Counted from the first letter of the stretch, positions 1 to 12,066 are shown. The stretch: 64,000 nt of DNA from Podarcis cretensis (GCA_951804945.1 OX638155.1:50964001-51028000); one strand, 5' to 3'. Notes: generated from the letters alone by a model not told the origin. Numbers and translations are program-made.

Positions 1-813
1 CTTAGTAGCCATGGACTTTTTACTGTCATTCGGAAAAGAAAAATGGAAAACTTGGGGAAGTGATGGAATGAACTACTGAAGGAGAACATGGCATAACACC
101 CAATTACATTTTGTTGCAGACCCACCTGTGCATCTATACTTGTGACTGGCGGTCAAGTAATAGTGAAATAGCAGAAGTAGTCTGATCTTAGCAATGGACA
201 GGGCTAGTTTAACAGGAAATCACAGTCCCCAACAAGTTGTGGTGAGCCTCAGGCTCATACATTTTCCCCTCTTTTATATGCCACAGGAAATGCAAAGAGT
301 CTGCTTCCTTTTTAAAGTAATCACAGCTTCCGAGGATGTCCAAATTCATGGAACTGTAGTTTGTTTAAACTATCATTAGTGATAACAAGTTGTGATTATA
401 CCAGTTTCCCATTACTTCTGAATTAGGACAGAAACCAGACCATACATCTGTACAGATTCTGAGACACAGATGCATATATTAAGATTGCACGAGAGTATTT
501 TTAAAAAAGATTCCAAGAAACAGTCCTGAAAATAGATAAGATCAAGATGTGCAATAAAACCAGCAGTCCTTTTTTTTAAAAAAACAGATCTCATAAGTAT
601 GCAGACAAATTGATCAGCTTTGCACTTTGGCAGTATTCCAACTTAATGAAAGAAATTCATTTTAAGAACTCCTGTGTTTCACTTCAATTATTTTACCCAA
701 AGAATCTAGCAATTAAGACCTTAGCATGCCAATACTGTGTTTCTAATCTGTCCATTTAACTTCTGGATGAAATAATAAACTCTACACATTTAAAATATCA
801 TGAAAATAATATC

Positions 814-819
814 TTTAAT
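814..819 (-). terminator. Candidate distal polyadenylation signal ATTAAA (further AATAAA at 882-887 and 1032-1037)
   Basis: Transcript-sense context uguaaguauauauauaacuguauAUUAAAgauauuauuuuc, an AU-rich, UGUA-rich, repeat-free stretch typical of a vertebrate mRNA 3' end. Confidence 0.4.
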
Positions 820-2104
820 ATACAGTTATATATATACTTACAATACACCATTGACATTTGTTCATATACATAGTAGGGTTATTTATTTGCTTCTGGTTTA
901 AATAAATGTTCCTCACCCCAAAACCTGTAAAGAGATTATCAAACCGGCACATACTTTCACAAACACATACTTAGTTTTAACAATAGAATATACTTACTAA
1001 GCCAATAAGTTGGGTTTTGTTTTGAAATTTGTTTATTTTTGGCATACATGGAACCCATTTGGAAATTGAATAGTTGAGCCTAGAAGCTAAAATTTTGCCA
1101 TTATTCTTTAATGTCTAATCAGCTTCTTTATTTAAGAATTAAAGGAGTTCCATTTTTTTAAAAAAGCTCATTTGTTCTAGATATTACTGAGCCTTATGTG
1201 TTTCATTTATGCACGATGTATGCATGAAAAGGGTCTTTTACTACTTTGCTGTTATTCTTTATAGTCTCATCTTGTAGTGTTTCAACTATAAGGCAACTGC
1301 ATGCTGAAATACTAACTTTACATTTCAGTTTCATAACTGACACACCTTAAATTTGTGGAAGTTAATGCTCATATTGCAACTGCCCCAGTACAATACTAGT
1401 AGTGGCGGTAGGAAAGGGAGTATCACTTTTTTTTTTTGGAGGTCCATCCATCCCACTCTCACACCCTGCCACTTAAGAGGCAGCTTGTTCCTCATACTAA
1501 AAAGGTTTTCTTGCCACCTCTAGTTTCCCCGAGGCAGTACAAGTAATTAATCAGATGCAGGATTGTTTCTCCAAACCTCTTACGGGATTTGGGGCTGACG
1601 TTAAGAAGTTTTCATGGTCCAGACTGCATCAGGTATGACTTACTACTGTGTTTCGCGATGCAACTGTTAAGAACCCACTTACACTTGTGTATGCTGGAAA
1701 TGCAGATCAACTGAGAGATAGAGCCACATCCATTCAGCAATGCTGTGAAGTGCCTAAGTCTGTTTGGCCAACACATCTCTCCACCTCCTACTGTATCTGA
1801 AAACAAACTGGTTGCATTCATAACCTACAGGGAGGAAGAAGGGATGGAAAACTTTCCTTTCCTGAACGTCCTGAAGTTAACTTACCTTACAACCCAAACC
1901 ACTGACTCGATCATTGTGGCTACTTCTAATGAAACTGTTGCCATTATGAAATCTTATTATACAGCATTATATATACCATAATCATAGACATATTATGGGA
2001 CTTTGTTATAAATTTAGCTTTAACCCCCCCCCCCCAAATTTAGTTGCCCCCTTGGCTTTCAAAAGTGCATTTACCTTATGCAATTAAGCAAACATTCACT
2101 AAGA

Positions 2105-2240
2105 CAAGTGTGGGAACTCTTTGGCATTCTAGAAGTTGCTGGACGACAACTCCCATAATCTCTGGCATTTGCCCATGTTTGCTGGGGCTGTGGGCACTGT
2201 AGTTCAGCAACATCTGGAGGGCCAAAGTTCTCCACATCTG
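2105..2240. mobile_element. Degenerate palindromic hAT-type MITE
   Basis: Imperfect terminal inverted repeats caagtgtggg...ccacatctg; internal acaactccc/gggcactgtagt palindrome shared with the 4559 copy. Confidence 0.7.
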
Positions 2241-2756
2241 TCCTAAAGCTTTAGTTTTTGCCATTAGCAGTCTGATGCCGCCCCTATGTACAATCCATTC
2301 TTACTTGGAAGAATGTTCCACAGACTTAAGCATGGCTGCTCCATCCCAAGTATGCACACAGGAGTCTTCCTGAACTTGATGGGCCTTATTTCCAAGTAAA
2401 CAGACTTAGGGCTGCACTGTAAGCATCTTAAAGAAACTAAACACATTACACTGCACTATAGGATTAGCCACACCAGAGCAACAGTTACAGGTATCTTATG
2501 GATGGCCTCAATACTCCCAGACTGCCTCCTATTTAAAGGAAAACCTACTGAAATCCTGTTGTGAAAACAAGAACACCCATATATAAAGGACTATTATACA
2601 AGGTATTAATGTGCTGCACATAAAGGGATTTTGCAGCAAGATGATTAAATACAAAACTATGTCCATCGCACTGCTCCGAAACAAAAAGCAGTATCAGTTC
2701 TGCTTTCAGACAGCACTTTAGTTATTTATCAAACATGAATAGAACAGGGGCCATAA

Positions 2757-3091
2757 TCAGTGGCGAATCAGTGGCACATGCCCTCCTAGCGTTCATGCTT
2801 TACAAAGACCTGAGGAACAATATTATCATGCCTCTTTTATTGACCATTCTGGGTCACCCAACCACTGCCACAGTGTCGTTTCTCCTGGCAGATCAAGAGG
2901 AGCGGATGATTACAAAGGTTGCAAGGTTTCTAGCTGGGGCAATCAGAATAAGGTCCACTATTTGACGGCTGATTCAGGACCCTAAACTGTGTTTTATATA
3001 ACTGACTTTTTATTTTGTTCTGTGTAAATCACAATGTTTTTTTGTTGCTATGGCCGATGGCTGATGCAAATAAAGTTTCAATCATCATCAT
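2757..3091 (+). mobile_element. 5'-truncated LINE 3' end (RTE-X-like), ORF2 C-terminus, AATAAA and (ATC)n tail
   Basis: Peptide ESVAHALL..LYKDLR...VARFLAGAIRIR. 12-bp TSD caggggccataa (2745-2756) / caggggctataa (3092-3103). Clade assignment is from recall only. Confidence 0.7.
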
Positions 3092-3693
3092 CAGGGGCTA
3101 TAAGATGGGATACTCCTTTTAATCAGAATATATATGGGAGGCTGCACGATTAACGTTGAGGACTGAGTCATATGAGAGGTCCTTGTTACACCTCCCAGTC
3201 CTATGTTGCAATCTGCCAAGGAGCAGGCACTGTCCCGGCAAGAATGCTGCCTGCCAGCCTGGGTGCTTCCCCTTGCTCTGAATGCTATTCGCATGGCATC
3301 ATGGAAAAATTCTATCTCTGATCCTGCAAGAAATAAGATCTGTGAACATACTTCGGGAGTGAGGAGACACTGGAGTCCTTGTGTAAGTGGTCAGGGTTGA
3401 AAGGATTAGTATTGCTCCTTGGGTGGTGCACAAATGCTTAGGAATGCTCCCTCAGCCATTAATCCGCCAATAGACTAACATTGTTAAAAATATTTTACTG
3501 GGTGATGCTGGTGGGACAAACGAATTCTCAAAACGCTACAAGGCAACAACAATGATCTGTGGAAGCAAAGGCAGAGAACAGAATATGGGGGGAAAACCCA
3601 ACAACATTCCAATGCAGAAATGAGAGTCACTACGAAGTCTGGGATAAAAGGACATGCAGTGTGTGTGCGCTACTAATCTCACCACTCCTAAGT

Positions 3694-3815
3694 CAGGTGT
3701 GGGGAATGTTTGGCCCCCCCAGATGATGCTGAACTACAACTCCATTGACCATGCTTGCTAGGGCTGCTGGAAGTTGTTCAGCAACATTTGAAAAGTCACC
3801 AGTTTCCCACACCTG
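3694..3815. mobile_element. Degenerate palindromic hAT-type MITE
   Basis: caggtgtgggga...ttcccacacctg terminal inverted repeats; actacaactcc core. Confidence 0.7.
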
Positions 3816-3990
3816 CTCTCACTAACTTCTTAAATATGATGACCCAGAAGGCAATAAAGTTACAACCAGACATGAAACAGAGTACGGTAAATTCAGTGTG
3901 CCATATAGCACTTATGAACTGAATGGATTTAATTGTAAATTAAATTAAGGTATGGGATTATTAACTGCTTTGATGCCACACCAAGACCAG

Positions 3991-4078
3991 AACCACAATC
4001 CTAAACACTTGTTATTGAAGTAAATCCTATTGTGTTCAATGAGGCTTACTCCTAGGAAACATGCATAAGATTATGGTA
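3991..4078. repeat. Short palindromic squamate MITE (caatcct...aggattg type); related copies near 2335-2418, 13290-13380 and 32085-32170
   Basis: accacaatcct...gtaaatcctattg/caatgaggcttac...aagattatggt inverted symmetry recurring in the window. Confidence 0.55.
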
Positions 4079-4558
4079 GGATTGAGGTTGCCCAAAGCAC
4101 AGAATTATTTTCCATTAAGAGAAAACTTGCTAGAAATTGGAAACATTGCCTCCCCCCCATCATCCTGCAAACCCTTCACTATTAAAAGATTTTAACCATG
4201 TGGTGAGCGCTTGTCAAATCACAAGGGATTATACACTGTGAGGAGCTATCATAGGAACCCTTGCTTGAAGTACAAATAGGTTTTTGAAAACAGAAACAAA
4301 GATGTCAGGCAACTGCAATTTAACTTCCAAACTGATAAGCACTCAACTGCCAAGGTTTGCTATATGATGCCAAACCACAGTTAAGATTTCTCAACAATGG
4401 TTTGACATGATTGTCTGAATGAACTGAAAGAATGTTGGCTTGGCTTGGATGCTAAGAGAAGTTGAATCTAAGAGAAGTTGGATCCTAAGACAATTTTAAG
4501 CTTTTCTCTTTCCTTAGCAGCCCCCCTATTGCTTAGAAGGGTCAATGATCCTCTAGAG

Positions 4559-4694
4559 CAGGCATGGTGAAACTTGGCCCTCCAGCTGTTTTGGGACTAC
4601 AACTCCCATCATCCCTAGCTAACAGGACCAAGGGTCGGGGATGATGGGAACTGTAGCCCCAAAACAGCTGGAGGCCCAAGTTTGGCCATGCCTA
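4559..4694. mobile_element. hAT (Charlie-like) MITE, well preserved
   Basis: TIRs caggcatgg.../...ccatgccta; near-perfect whole-element palindrome; exact 8-bp TSD ctctagag (4551-4558, 4695-4702). Confidence 0.88.
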
Positions 4695-4801
4695 CTCTAG
4701 AGTCTTTTCGTGGGGCACAGGAGGCTGCAAGGGGAGGAAGAGTCAGGAAACTCTCCTTCCATTAATTTCCTTACGTTAACTCACCTTACAACGGAAACCA
4801 T

Positions 4802-5070
4802 TGGCCATGTTCACACATAACACTAAACCATGGTGCTTATCGGTGCTTTTCTTCTAGAAAAGCTTCTAGAAAAAGAGGTGTTGGTACTGTGTACCTTGAT
4901 TACCCCCAGAAAAAAGCACCGGTAAGTAAAAAGGAACTGGATAACACAACAAGTCAACATTAAGGGAAAATAAAAGTAAATACTGGTGATGTTCTCTAGA
5001 GACTTTGGCTCATTCAAGATTGTGCACATAGGGTTATCCCATGGTTTAGCATTCCATGTGAACTGGGCCA
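4802..5070. mobile_element. MITE with ~30-bp TIRs (possibly PIF/Harbinger-like) containing a nested small MITE at 4841-4921
   Basis: tggccatgttcacacataacactaaaccatgg ... ccatggtttagcattccatgtgaactgggcca; nested cggtgctttt...aaaaaagcaccg. Confidence 0.6.
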
Positions 5071-7131
5071 CTGAAGTTAAAGTACATAGAATTTCTTCCT
5101 ATACAAATGCAGTTCAGTGCTGTACTTGGCCACTGAAGTGCTTGCAATCCTATGAGATACGGGGGGCGGGGGCGGGACATTACATCATGAGAATTCCTGG
5201 GATCATCACTGACATCTCCTCACATGAGAATCCACCTAACTACACTAGTCTACTAATGTATGGAGAAAGTACTTTTAATCAAGTTCCCAAAGTGTTTTTT
5301 TTTTAAAAAAAAAATCAAGCAGTTTACAATCTCCCCCCTAATGGCAAGAACTGTCTTCAGCTTTCTCCCACAATTACAGCATGCAGTCTTCTGTAAGCTT
5401 CCCAAGTAGTTTTTTCCCAATGAACAAAGATAACTGAAGAAAAATTAATGAAAATATCACATTAAGAAACACTGCATTAAGGATTGGATGGGGAGGGGAA
5501 GCTTTAAATACAAACATGAAATCCTTTATCCTAGCTGTTTAACTCTTATGAATAAGCAATGGGATTAGTAGTGTTGTGTTAAGACCTGGATTCCCTTCCT
5601 AAGACTTCGATGTATTTGTTGTCTAGCATAATGAAAACAGGCTGGCTAGGTAAATACATCACACACCATGTGGGCCAAGTTTGCATTCTCCTCACCCCAC
5701 TTTTTAAATAGTCAAATGCATTTCATAGATTAGGATCCTAAAACATTCATATATTATTTCAAGAATAGGAGGGTAACCTCAACTATTCTACTTCCTCTAA
5801 ACATTTTTTAATCATCATTTAATCAGCTTAATTTTGATTAGACTAGATTTAGTTTTGGGAAATGTGAACACGTTTAATTTAGGTTAGTGTTTAAGTTTCA
5901 CTCTTCCCTAATTATGGTTTTTTTAAGAAACCTTAGAGAAGCAGCAGCAATACAAAGCATCTAGGATGAACCACTGAACTGCTGCATCTGTGTCTTATTT
6001 CCTGAAAATCTGCACTCCAAGGCAGATCATTCTCACCTTGTGTGCATTTTACACCCAAGCCAATGGGTGCATTGTTCTCTAACAGTTATTTGTACTAATG
6101 CAAGCCATCAAAATTTGCTCAGATTGAATGCAAAGTAGTTTCAATCACATTTGAAATCCAAATCTTTCTTTGTTTCTCTAATACAAAACCTTTTCCAAAA
6201 TAAATTCTGTAAAACAAAGAGCACATTTCAGAACAGCACATTTCTGCATTTCAGAACCCCTTTGCTCCCGAACACTGAAAGGAACCTATGCCTATTCTAT
6301 CCCTTTCTGTATCTGTTATCTGCTATGCAAGAGAACTCGACTGGGTAAAAAAGAATACCTGCCTTGATTGCGACAGTTTCTAAGGGAAACAGTACGATGG
6401 TAAATCAAACTGGGGCCATTCTGAGAAGTAGATTGGTAGGGCTATGACTTCTAAACTGTTTGGGCTGAACTACCCCAAATCCTGCCCTTACCCCAGAGCT
6501 ATATGAAAGACCAAGGCCTTCCTTCTCCCTCAAGTGCTATTAGGTTGAAAATTATGCTGCGTTCATAGATCATTGCCCCTTTATAAATACATGTGTGTAG
6601 AAGCTGAATGTGTTTTTTGCTACCTCTCTTTTCCCCTTCTCACCCTGTAAATTATAACTGAGCAGAAAGAGAGGCCACAGGTGGATAACAAGGCAGAAAG
6701 GAAAACAATGCATGTGTGAGCAGGGCAGTGACAGCTCACAAGAGATTTAAGAGCAGAGGATTACCGGTAAGTATTGCTCTCCTAAAGGCCAACAACTCTA
6801 TAAAAACCAACCCTGTTTTCAACTAGGCAGAGAAATAAGTGGTGAACTTGTATTGCCTTTTCAATGAGAAATTTGCACTCATCTGGAGGTGACGCGAAGC
6901 TACTAAATTCTTTGTCGGTTTTTTTTTTTGCGGTTTGAATTTCCTTCTGGAAGATGGATTCATTCAGAAAAGGGTTCTAATCACAACCCACATATAAAAG
7001 GAATGCTATCCCAACAATTAGAACGAGTGGGAGAAGGACACTAACCACTGGATAAATCAGAACTGAAGGCAAGGTATGCAGCCATCAGAATACAAAAAAC
7101 AAAAACAAAAAAACCCCCAAGAGGAAATACA

Positions 7132-7137
7132 TTTATT
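7132..7137 (-). terminator. Proximal polyadenylation signal AATAAA of GAREM1
   Basis: tttatt on + strand; followed on the transcript by a U/GU-rich tract (ggggguuuuuuuguuuuuguuuuuug) about 15-40 nt downstream. Confidence 0.6.
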
Positions 7138-7505
7138 GGTAAACACACAAAAATCAAGGTGATTTGTGTGCTGTTCAGCTTTGCCTAATCAATAATAATA
7201 AATATAATGTCTTAATAGACTACACTGAGTACAAATTAAATTCCCTTTAAAGCCCACTGTTTAGCAGCTTCTGAATGTTCAGGGATGCACAAGGCACACC
7301 TCCCTGTTTCTACTATGTACAAAAGAGTCTGCTCACCACTCAGAATATCTGCATAGTAAGAATGTTTTTTTCCTGCTACTATATTTACATAAGAGCAACA
7401 GAGGATTTTAGTGCAAAAACAAAAACAAAAACGAGAGACTGTGTATTAGCCCCCGGTGCTTCTGGCACACCTCTCTCTGAGTTTTATTGCACCGGCTTCG
7501 TAGCT

Positions 7506-8418
7506 CTACATTTTAGGTCGCCAGCCGTTAATGAACTGCAGTATTTTCTTCACCTGCAACTTGCTTAGCTTGAAGTCCTCCAAAAGGATCTCTTCATTGA
7601 GCTGAACAAGCAAGTTGCCGTCAATCTTCTCTGTAACGAAAAAGGATATGACATCCTCAGATAAACCTATAAACCTCAGAGATTTAGAAACTTCCTCTAT
7701 TGAAAGTCCAGACAGATCCACAGGGGGCTGCCAAGGAGAGCCGTCGCCGCAGGACCGAGGTGCTAGCTGAAGGTGGAGGGGAGATGAGAAAGGATAAGGG
7801 ATGGCAAAGATATCTTGCATGCCCTTTTTCCCAAGGTACTGATCTTCAGAAAGGTCTGGCGAGCCTGCCTGCGGCTCTTCCTCCGCACCATCTATTCTGA
7901 AAGGCAGTGGACACAAGTCAAGGCCGGGCTTCTCATCTGCCGCTTTTGGTGCACGAGGGGGTAAGGCAGGACACGAGAGAGACTGCGGTGTGCTACTGAC
8001 TGCCAGGCTCTTCTCATCGGTGCACTCGAGAGAGTAACTTGCTGACTTTGGGCAAGTGGGCACTGCACAACCAGGTTCTGCTGCAGCTGGTAGGGTGTCC
8101 CCTACAGGAAATTCACTTCTATCCAAGTCAAATGTAAAAGTTGCTGGGCAGTTTCTCTTTGGTGTGCCAGGAGTCTTCTGTCTTGGATAACTGTAACTCC
8201 TGCTTGGGTCCAATAGAAATTCACCCCTGTTAAGGCCTTCAGCAGCCCTGGAACAATGATTTGGCCACGACAGCCTGGAGGACAGAGCATCAGCAGAGGG
8301 GCTTCCAAAAGGCAGTAGGTTGCCAAAATCTTGTAGGTCAGCCTTCACTGTGCTGCACGGATAGCAAGCAACAGGAGCACTCTCGGAGGCGGACTCAGCT
8401 TCTCCTTCTGCAGCATTG
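7506..8418 (-). CDS. GAREM1: GAREM1 exon 6 coding part, C-terminal SAM domain, stop TAG at 7508-7506
   Basis: ORF 7506..8474 ends ...LSGLSIEEVSKSLRFIGLSEDVISFFVTEKIDGNLLVQLNEEILLEDFKLSKLQVKKILQFINGWRPKM*. The only nearby phase-2-compatible acceptor is (A)11-g|CAAT at 8420-8419. Confidence 0.92.
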
Positions 8419-9205
8419 CTTTTTTTTTTTAAAAGATAAGCAAAAAGATAATTACTTTGGTACTTGGTGGTCATGTGAGAAAGCTATTACTTTGCCTTAC
8501 ATTATGTCAAGATGGCGGTCAGTGTCTTTATACAATTTCCCTTCTGCAGAACTGTTTGCACATCACAAATTCAAACACAGGAATTAGACTTGGGGGGCGA
8601 CATGCAAAGCCAAACAACACCCATTCCCTGAAAAGCAGTTAACTGTACTGACAATTATTTTGTAATTTCTAAGCAAATTTGTTCACTTAAGTGGAGGGGA
8701 CCACATTGATTAAGCTTGCTGCTATACACCAATGGGAAGTTTTTTTAAATCACTTTTCATCATGCCAGTAAAGCTTGCGAAGTTATCTAACATTGCATGT
8801 TAGACTAAATGTATAGGGGGAAATAGGGTGGTACACTGTGTATTCTGAACTGAAATAATGAAATATGGACTCTGCTAATTTAATAAAGAACAGATGTATG
8901 GCCCCTGTACCTTAAACCTAGTAGGTAGAAGGATCTAGACAGATACGAGAGATAATTCTCATGTTCATTCTAAGGGACTGAACTTGCAAAACATGTGCTC
9001 TATGACAGTGCACTGTAATGCTTCCTTTGACATTAATATCCAGTGCCTCACAATCCATAGTGTGCCCGTCTACATGTGGACCAATTTTCAAAGCACAGTG
9101 CAAAACTGCAGGGATTTCTTGTTACAGTAATTTGGACTTCCCTAATGAGTTGGGTTGTTTTTTTAAATGGCTGGAGTAATCCACTTCAGCGACTGTTCCC
9201 TTATA

Positions 9206-9422
9206 CAGTGGTACTTTGGGTTACATATGTTTCAGGTTACATATGCTTCAATAGTGCTTCAGGTGAAGAACTTTGCTTCAGGATGAGAACAGAAATCGTG
9301 CTCTGGCGGCACGGTGGCAGCAGGAGGCCCCATTAGTTAAAGTGGTGCTTCAGGTTAAGAACAGTTTCAGGTTAAGTATGGACCTCTGGAACGAATTAAG
9401 TACTTAACCCGAGGTACCACTG
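9206..9422 (-). mobile_element. Tc1/mariner (Tigger-like) MITE, orientation opposite to the copies at 11841 and 39050
   Basis: TIR cagtggtac...gtaccactg, TA on the left; its reverse complement aligns with the other two copies. Confidence 0.88.
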
Positions 9423-9617
9423 TTTAAGCTGTAAGGAAAACCCAAAGGTATCTATTAAGACAAGAGGCTAAATTACCTTACCTATTAAATGTATAGTTAT
9501 TACAGGGAAACTTTGCACAAAACTGTTTGAAGAAATAACTTGGAAGGATGTTCTCCACAGTTACTGTAAGCATTCATGAACAAGAGAAGGCTGAGAGCCA
9601 GAAGTGTTCCGTACTTA

Positions 9618-9785
<168 letters not shown>

Positions 9786-9881
9786 CTAGGAGGGAAATAA
9801 AACTTTATCATTCGGCAGAACTTTAGTATGTTCAAAGCACACTGCATAAGTAACCAGCAATCCATACAGAAACCCTGTAAA

Positions 9882-9944
9882 CAGTGCTTTTCTTCTATAA
9901 AAAAGGTACTGTGTACCCTTGAGTACCCCCAGAAAAAAGCACTG
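9882..9944. mobile_element. 63-bp hAT-type mini-MITE
   Basis: TIR cagtgctttt...aaaaaagcactg; 8-bp TSD cctgtaaa/cctataaa; same family as 4841-4921. Confidence 0.75.
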
Positions 9945-10330
9945 CCTATAAAGCAGGTCAGTACTTACTACAGATGCACAACCGAAGCTGAGAGAGAATG
10001 ACTTGCTTAAGCCCACCTAGTGAGTGCACTGATCAAGCAAGATCTGGATTTCCTGGGTGACTTCCCAGCTCTTTTTCTTCACCCCTGCATCACACCTGGT
10101 GTGCAAGAATTTAAGACAAGGCTTGAGAGTCCAGGTGGGTAACCTCATCGGAATCAGAGGTAGATGCATCAGCTCAGGTCCCAGTTTTTTAAGGATCACA
10201 ATTCATCCTGCAATGCCCACAAAGGTGGTTAAAAACAAGCAAACCCTGACTAATGGAATACAATGTTATTGCCTTCTTAGTAGCAGATATGTATTCATAT
10301 AGAAAGCATAGCCTGTCTACTTATCTGCTG

Positions 10331-10343
10331 CCAGCAGAGGGCA
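10331..10343 (+). promoter_or_regulatory. CTCF core motif match
   Basis: CCAGCAGAGGGCA fits CCASYAGRKGGCR exactly; occupancy unknown. Confidence 0.4.
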
Positions 10344-11840
10344 TATGGTAGCCACTGAAGGATTGCATGAGCTGGTACAGATGTTACTGGACCCAGCTTA
10401 CTTTGGTCATCTGCCCATATACAAACAGTCTACCTATGTGAGCAAGAAACGTCTGAAGAGGAGACTAGAGTGAAGGTGAACTTCTTCTTCCATAACTAGA
10501 AGCCATGGTAAAATATTAAAATATGCAACTACCCAGTAGGAAATGGGAAATCATTTAGAGTTGCTATCACAGAAAACTGCAAGCGTTTTAAAACTGGTGT
10601 TTTAAAAACCAGGCAAGACAGTCTGCACATTTCAGTTGTAACCACCCTTCAATGTTGTGATTGCAGGTTTTGTAACTGTAAGTTGTTGTTTTTTTTTTTT
10701 TTAAGGTGCAAGATAGCATACTACAACAATGGGAGAATTTCTCTCTGTGTGAATACTAGCAGTGAATACAAGGCTTTGATTTTTAATGCTTATTTCAAGA
10801 TATTAAAATGTTTTATATATCCAGAATGCAGCACTATACCTGCCATTGTGCAAGCAGCTATGCATCATCGTCATCAATTTATTAATCACCTTCTACACAT
10901 CAAGGTGATGTACAATTAAAACACCAAAACAGAGCTTAAAACACAAAAAGCAGAGATAGTAAAACTAAAACAATACGAAGTGGACATTCCTGGCAAAGAC
11001 CAATTTATCCCACCTGTGGCAGGGCATCAGAATAATGGGGGTGACAGGTGTGGGTACAGAGGTACTAGCTGTACAGTGGTCAAGGCAATGCTGTGTCAAC
11101 TGAGTAGAAGTGAGGGGCCAGAGGATAGCACTTTGATGACCTCCATGTGAGTAGCTAATCTTTAAAGAGCCCTTCAATTCCCAAGCAAAAAAATCTAAAT
11201 GATTTTTCTTTTGTGGCTGTTACTGAATTCAGCCATAGCACCAACGAGCTTTCAGTGTTGCCCCCTAGATTGCAATAAATTGATTAAATTCCGACTCAAG
11301 CATCAGTATGGTATGCAGAGCAATAATAATGCTTTTATAAAGTGCGATAAAATGTTGTCTACATATTCATTGTGAAGAAGTAGCTCAGTCCTAGAGAGAA
11401 CTTCAACCCAGAAGACAGTCCTGTACCAAGAAAGGCTCCATAGGGCACTGTTTTGGAGCTTTAAGAGTAAAAAATGTATGCTCAGCAGTAACAAATGAAG
11501 CAAACATGCTCTGTAAATATTGTGCCAGGAATAAACAAGAGTCTTACTTACTCACTGCATTAAACCAAATATATAGAGAAATGCCTTTACCTCCAGAAAC
11601 ATGTATTTTTTTTTAGCGTGCAGCTACCAACTGGTATTCATTAAGCCAAGGCATATTTAAATAACTTCTAAAGTTAGGTTAACAATATGCTACAACACCA
11701 TGGCTATATAATTCAGGGAAATATTTTTGATGTGTCTAAGAATTTCTACATGCCTAATGGATTTTGAGAGTGTGGAGGATAGCTAAATGAAAATGCCTAC
11801 CCTGTGTCCTGTACAAAAGGCAAATTCCATGTCAGGTATA

Positions 11841-12066
11841 CAGTGGTACCTCGGGTTAAGTACTTAATTCATTCTGGAGGTCTGTTCTTAACCTGAAACT
11901 GTTCTTAACCTGAAGCACAACTTTAGCTAATGGGGCCTCCCACTGCTGCCGCACCGCCCGATCACAATTTCTGTTCTCATCCTGAAGCAAAGTTCTTAAC
12001 CTGAAGCACTATTTCTGGGTTAGCGGAGTCTGTAACCTGAAGCGTATGTAACCTGAGGTACCACTG
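11841..12066 (+). mobile_element. Tc1/mariner (Tigger-like) MITE
   Basis: TIR cagtggtacctc...gaggtaccactg, TA duplication on both sides, internal taacctgaa repeats. Confidence 0.9.

Noticed and set aside
4458-4490. Small tandem duplications (ctaagagaagttg x2; also tgcacatatagga x2 at ~20346-20372)
   Set aside because: Ordinary replication-slippage products.
8419-8474. ATG-initiated extension MTTKYQSNYLFAYLLKKKS of the last-exon ORF
   Set aside because: It is the intronic pyrimidine tract and A-run read in frame; homology begins at the acceptor.
11841-12066. CRISPR-like periodic taacctgaa repeats
   Set aside because: Short internal repeats of a TIR-bounded eukaryotic MITE; irregular spacing and no cas genes.
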